From assembly GCF_003334355.1 (NCBI RefSeq), contig NZ_QOWP01000006.1: DNA of 64,000 bases; one strand, 5' to 3'. This document shows positions 59,883 through 64,000 of the stretch, piece after piece. The position numbers and the translations under genes were made by a program. Numbering within the stretch: the first letter of the stretch is position 1; every line of letters begins with the position of its first letter. This stretch comes from Escherichia coli (GTDB lineage Bacteria; Pseudomonadota; Gammaproteobacteria; Enterobacterales; Enterobacteriaceae). The notes below the pieces were generated by a model. It saw only the letters and a list, made by a program, of their open reading frames with translations. It was not told the DNA's origin and made no database searches.

Positions 59883-60572
59883 TTAAAAGCGGGTTGAAAA
59901 ACGATATCCTGTACCGCGCACGGTCTGCACCATGCGGTCATGCCCGCCGGGCTCCAGTGCTTTACGCAGGCGACGAATGTGGACATCGACCGTGCGGTCT
60001 TCCACATACACGTTAGTTCCCCAGACGTGGTTTAACAGCTGCTCGCGGCTGTACACGCGCTCAGGATGCGTCATAAAAAAGTGCAGCAGTTTAAATTCTG
60101 TCGGCCCCATCTCCAGCGGCTCTTCGCCCGCCATCACTCGGTGAGATGTCGGGTCGAGACTTAATCCCTGCATCTCAATCACCTCTTCCACCGCCATTGG
60201 CGAAATACGGCGCATTACCGCTTTGATTCGCGCCACCAGCTCCTTCGGCGAAAACGGCTTGGTGATATAGTCATCCGCGCCGGTTTCAAGGCCGCGCACG
60301 CGATCTTCTTCTTCCCCTCTGGCGGTCAACATCACCACTGGAATATCCCGGGTCATCGACTCGCGCTTGAGGTGTTTGATGAACTGGATACCGGAGCCGC
60401 CAGGTAACATCCAGTCAAGGAGAATTAAATCCGGCCAGGGTTCATTCAGTTGATTCACAGCACTGTCATAATCTTCCGCTTCGACCGGCTGAAAGCCATT
60501 TTGTTCGAGCACGAAGCAGACCATTTCGCGAATTGGAGCTTCATCTTCTACGACCAGAATACGTCTCGCCAT
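59883..60572 (-). CDS. phoB: phosphate-regulon response regulator PhoB
   Basis: 229 aa, [18 protein letters not shown]...; receiver domain plus OmpR-type winged helix; Pho boxes upstream. Confidence 0.98.
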
Positions 60573-60628
60573 GATTTGCCCTGTTGTAATAAATAGGTTG
60601 CGATCATTAATGCGACGTCATTATGCGT

Positions 60629-60654
60629 CAGATTTATGACAGATTTATGAAAAG
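60629..60654 (-). promoter_or_regulatory. Pho box (PhoB binding site) in phoB promoter
   Basis: Minus strand TTTTCATAAATCTGTCATAAATCTG: tandem 7-bp CTGTCAT-type repeats with 4-bp AT spacers, matching the Pho box consensus; about 55-80 bp upstream of phoB ATG. Confidence 0.75.
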
Positions 60655-60761
60655 CTCGTCGCACATATCTTCAGGTTATTGATTTCCGTGGCGCAGAAAA
60701 AAGCAAATGGCACATCTGTTTGGGTATAATCGCGCCCATGCTTTTTCGCCAGGGAACCGTT

Positions 60762-61964
60762 ATGCGCATCCTTCACACCTCAGACTGGCATCTCGGCCAG
60801 AACTTCTACAGTAAAAGCCGCGAAGCTGAACATCAGGCTTTTCTTGACTGGCTGCTGGAGACAGCACAAACCCATCAGGTGGATGCGATTATTGTTGCCG
60901 GTGATGTTTTCGATACCGGCTCGCCGCCCAGTTACGCCCGCACGTTATACAACCGTTTTGTTGTCAATTTACAGCAAACTGGCTGTCATCTGGTGGTACT
61001 GGCAGGAAACCATGACTCGGTCGCCACGCTGAATGAATCGCGCGATATCATGGCGTTCCTCAATACTACCGTGGTCGCCAGCGCCGGACATGCGCCGCAA
61101 ATCTTGCCTCGTCGCGACGGGACGCCAGGCGCAGTGCTGTGCCCCATTCCGTTTTTACGTCCGCGTGACATTATTACCAGCCAGGCGGGGCTTAACGGTA
61201 TTGAAAAACAGCAGCATTTACTGGCAGCGATTACCGATTATTACCAACAACACTATGCCGATGCCTGCAAACTGCGCGGCGATCAGCCTCTGCCCATCAT
61301 CGCCACGGGACATTTAACGACCGTGGGGGCCAGTAAAAGTGACGCCGTGCGTGACATTTATATTGGCACGCTGGACGCGTTTCCGGCACAAAACTTTCCA
61401 CCAGCCGACTACATCGCGCTCGGGCATATTCACCGCGCACAGATTATTGGCGGCATGGAACATGTTCGCTATTGCGGCTCCCCCATTCCGCTGAGTTTTG
61501 ATGAATGCGGTAAGAGTAAATATGTCCATCTGGTGACATTTTCAAACGGCAAATTAGAGAGCGTGGAAAACCTGAACGTACCGGTAACGCAACCCATGGC
61601 AGTGCTGAAAGGCGATCTGGCGTCGATTACCGCACAGCTGGAACAGTGGCGCGATGTATCGCAGGAGCCACCTGTCTGGCTGGATATCGAAATCACTACT
61701 GATGAGTATCTGCATGATATTCATCGCAAAATCCAGGCATTAACCGAATCATTGCCTGTCGAAGTATTGCTGGTACGTCGGAGTCGTGAACAGCGCGAGC
61801 GTGTGTTAGCCAGCCAACAGCGTGAAACCCTCAGCGAACTCAGCGTCGAAGAGGTGTTCAATCGCCGTCTGGCACTGGAAGAACTGGATGAATCGCAGCA
61901 GCAACGTCTGCAGCATCTTTTCACCACGACGTTGCATACCCTCGCCGGAGAACACGAAGCATGA
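60762..61964 (+). CDS. sbcD: SbcCD nuclease subunit D (Mre11-like)
   Basis: ORF track 60720..61964 trimmed to ATG 60762 (400 aa, [24 protein letters not shown]...); calcineurin-like phosphoesterase motifs. Confidence 0.95.
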   Translation: MRILHTSDWHLGQNFYSKSREAEHQAFLDWLLETAQTHQVDAIIVAGDVFDTGSPPSYARTLYNRFVVNLQQTGCHLVVLAGNHDSVATLNESRDIMAFLNTTVVASAGHAPQILPRRDGTPGAVLCPIPFLRPRDIITSQAGLNGIEKQQHLLAAITDYYQQHYADACKLRGDQPLPIIATGHLTTVGASKSDAVRDIYIGTLDAFPAQNFPPADYIALGHIHRAQIIGGMEHVRYCGSPIPLSFDECGKSKYVHLVTFSNGKLESVENLNVPVTQPMAVLKGDLASITAQLEQWRDVSQEPPVWLDIEITTDEYLHDIHRKIQALTESLPVEVLLVRRSREQRERVLASQQRETLSELSVEEVFNRRLALEELDESQQQRLQHLFTTTLHTLAGEHEA

Positions 61965-64000
61965 AAATTCTCAGCCTGCGCCTGAAAAACCTGAACTCAT
62001 TAAAAGGCGAATGGAAGATTGATTTCACCCGCGAGCCGTTCGCCAGCAACGGGCTGTTTGCTATTACCGGCCCAACAGGTGCGGGGAAAACCACCCTGCT
62101 GGACGCCATTTGTCTGGCGCTGTATCACGAAACTCCGCGTCTCTCTAACGTTTCACAATCGCAAAATGATCTCATGACCCGCGATACCGCCGAATGTCTG
62201 GCGGAGGTGGAGTTTGAAGTGAAAGGTGAAGCGTACCGTGCATTCTGGAGCCAGAATCGGGCGCGTAACCAACCCGACGGTAATTTGCAGGTGCCACGCG
62301 TAGAGCTGGCGCGCTGCGCCGACGGCAAAATTCTCGCCGACAAAGTGAAAGATAAGCTGGAACTGACAGCGACGTTAACCGGGCTGGATTACGGGCGCTT
62401 CACCCGTTCGATGCTGCTTTCGCAGGGGCAATTTGCTGCCTTCCTGAATGCCAAACCCAAAGAACGCGCGGAATTGCTCGAGGAGTTAACCGGCACTGAA
62501 ATCTACGGGCAAATCTCGGCGATGGTTTTTGAGCAGCACAAATCGGCCCGCACAGAGCTGGAGAAGCTGCAAGCGCAGGCCAGCGGCGTCACGTTGCTCA
62601 CGCCGGAACAAGTGCAATCGCTGACAGCGAGTTTGCAGGTACTTACTGACGAAGAAAAACAGTTAATTACCGCGCAGCAGCAAGAACAACAATCGCTAAA
62701 CTGGTTAACGCGTCAGGACGAATTGCAGCAAGAAGCCAGCCGCCGTCAGCAGGCCTTGCAACAGGCGTTAGCCGAAGAAGAAAAAGCGCAACCTCAACTG
62801 GCGGCGCTTAGTCTGGCACAACCGGCACGAAATCTTCGTCCGCACTGGGAACGCATCGCAGAACACAGCGCGGCGCTGGCGCATACTCGCCAGCAGATTG
62901 AAGAAGTAAATACTCGCTTACAGAGCACAATGGCGCTTCGCGCGAGCATTCGCCACCACGCGGCGAAGCAGTCAGCAGAATTACAGCAGCAGCAACAAAG
63001 CCTGAATACCTGGTTACAGGAACACGACCGCTTCCGTCAGTGGAACAACGAACTGGCGGGTTGGCGTGCGCAGTTCTCCCAACAAACCAGCGATCGCGAG
63101 CATCTGCGGCAATGGCAGCAACAGTTAACCCATGCTGAGCAAAAACTTAATGCGCTTGCGGCGATCACGTTGACGTTAACCGCCGATGAAGTTGCTACCG
63201 CCCTGGCGCAACATGCTGAGCAACGCCCACTGCGTCAGCGCCTGGTCGCGCTGCATGGGCAGATTGTTCCCCAACAAAAACGTCTGGCGCAGTTAATGGT
63301 CACTATCCAGAATGTCACTCTGGAACAGACGCAACGTAATGTCGCACTTAACGAAATGCGCCAGCGTTATAAAGAAAAGACGCAGCAACTTGCCGATGTG
63401 AAAACCATTTGCGAGCAGGAAGCGCGCATCAAAACGCTGGAAGCTCAACGTGCACAGTTACAGGCGGGTCAGCCTTGCCCACTTTGTGGTTCCACCAGCC
63501 ACCCGGCGGTCGAGGCGTATCAGGCGCTGGAGCCTGGCGTTAATCAGTCTCGATTACTGGCGCTGGAAAACGAAGTTAAAAAGCTCGGTGAAGAAGGTGC
63601 GACGCTACGTGGGCAACTGGACGCCATAACAAAGCAGCTTCAGCGTGATGAAAACGAAGCGCAAAGCCTCCGACAAGATGAGCAAGCACTTACTCAACAA
63701 TGGCAAGCCGTCACGGCCAGCCTCAATATCACCTTGCAGCCACTGGACGATATTCAACCGTGGCTGGATGCACAAGATGAGCACGAACGCCAGCTGCGGT
63801 TACTCAGCCAACGGCATGAATTACAAGGGCAGATTGCCGCGCATAATCAGCAAATTATCCAGTATCAACAGCAAATTGAACAACGCCAGCAACTACTTTT
63901 AACGACATTGACGGGTTATGCACTGACATTGCCACAGGAAGATGAAGAAGAGAGCTGGTTGGCGACACGTCAGCAAGAAGCGCAGAGCTGGCAGCAACGC
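61961..64000 (+). CDS. sbcC: SbcCD nuclease subunit C (Rad50-like), N-terminal part (3' end lies outside the window)
   Basis: ATG 61961 overlaps sbcD stop (ATGA); frame stays open to the window end; [22 protein letters not shown]..., Walker [10 protein letters not shown], long Q/E-rich coiled coil with CPLCGS zinc hook at about 63478-63495. Confidence 0.95.
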   Translation, partial: MKILSLRLKNLNSLKGEWKIDFTREPFASNGLFAITGPTGAGKTTLLDAICLALYHETPRLSNVSQSQNDLMTRDTAECLAEVEFEVKGEAYRAFWSQNRARNQPDGNLQVPRVELARCADGKILADKVKDKLELTATLTGLDYGRFTRSMLLSQGQFAAFLNAKPKERAELLEELTGTEIYGQISAMVFEQHKSARTELEKLQAQASGVTLLTPEQVQSLTASLQVLTDEEKQLITAQQQEQQSLNWLTRQDELQQEASRRQQALQQALAEEEKAQPQLAALSLAQPARNLRPHWERIAEHSAALAHTRQQIEEVNTRLQSTMALRASIRHHAAKQSAELQQQQQSLNTWLQEHDRFRQWNNELAGWRAQFSQQTSDREHLRQWQQQLTHAEQKLNALAAITLTLTADEVATALAQHAEQRPLRQRLVALHGQIVPQQKRLAQLMVTIQNVTLEQTQRNVALNEMRQRYKEKTQQLADVKTICEQEARIKTLEAQRAQLQAGQPCPLCGSTSHPAVEAYQALEPGVNQSRLLALENEVKKLGEEGATLRGQLDAITKQLQRDENEAQSLRQDEQALTQQWQAVTASLNITLQPLDDIQPWLDAQDEHERQLRLLSQRHELQGQIAAHNQQIIQYQQQIEQRQQLLLTTLTGYALTLPQEDEEESWLATRQQEAQSWQQR

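Overview
This window is a collinear stretch of well-characterised Escherichia coli K-12-type core chromosome, not an accessory island, and I find no evidence of a previously undescribed system. Reading left to right: pdeB(ylaB, 3' part)-ybaA-ffs-atl-ybaY-tesB-amtB-glnK-mdlB-mdlA-decR(ybaO)-cof-ybaE-queC-fadM-ybaV-ppiD-hupB-lon-clpX-clpP-tig-bolA-yajG-ampG-cyoABCDE-yajR-yajQ-panE-yajL-thiI-xseB-ispA-dxs-yajO-pgpA-thiL-nusB-ribE-ribD-nrdR-yajI-tsx-yajD-secF-secD-yajC-tgt-queA-acpH-malZ-proY-brnQ-phoR-phoB-sbcD-sbcC(5' part). That is 60 protein-coding genes, all with lengths matching the known proteins once ORF-track starts are trimmed to the conserved N-termini, plus one RNA gene (ffs, 4.5S RNA) in the ybaA-atl spacer. 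There are no transposases, integrases, IS ends, CRISPR arrays, tRNA genes, phage genes or toxin-antitoxin pairs, and no unexplained gaps. Intergenic DNA is accounted for by recognisable promoters (sigma54 glnKp, sigma32 lon and clpP, bolA gearbox, Pho boxes at phoB), rho-independent terminators and REP/BIME palindromes. The findings are therefore modest regulatory-level observations: a direct-repeat pair in the phoR-brnQ spacer, a FadR-like operator in a hairpin upstream of fadM, a structured yajO leader, the signal-dense clpX-lon spacer, and some tight gene overlaps. All identifications rest on reading the sequence and recalling the protein families and gene order; no database search was run.
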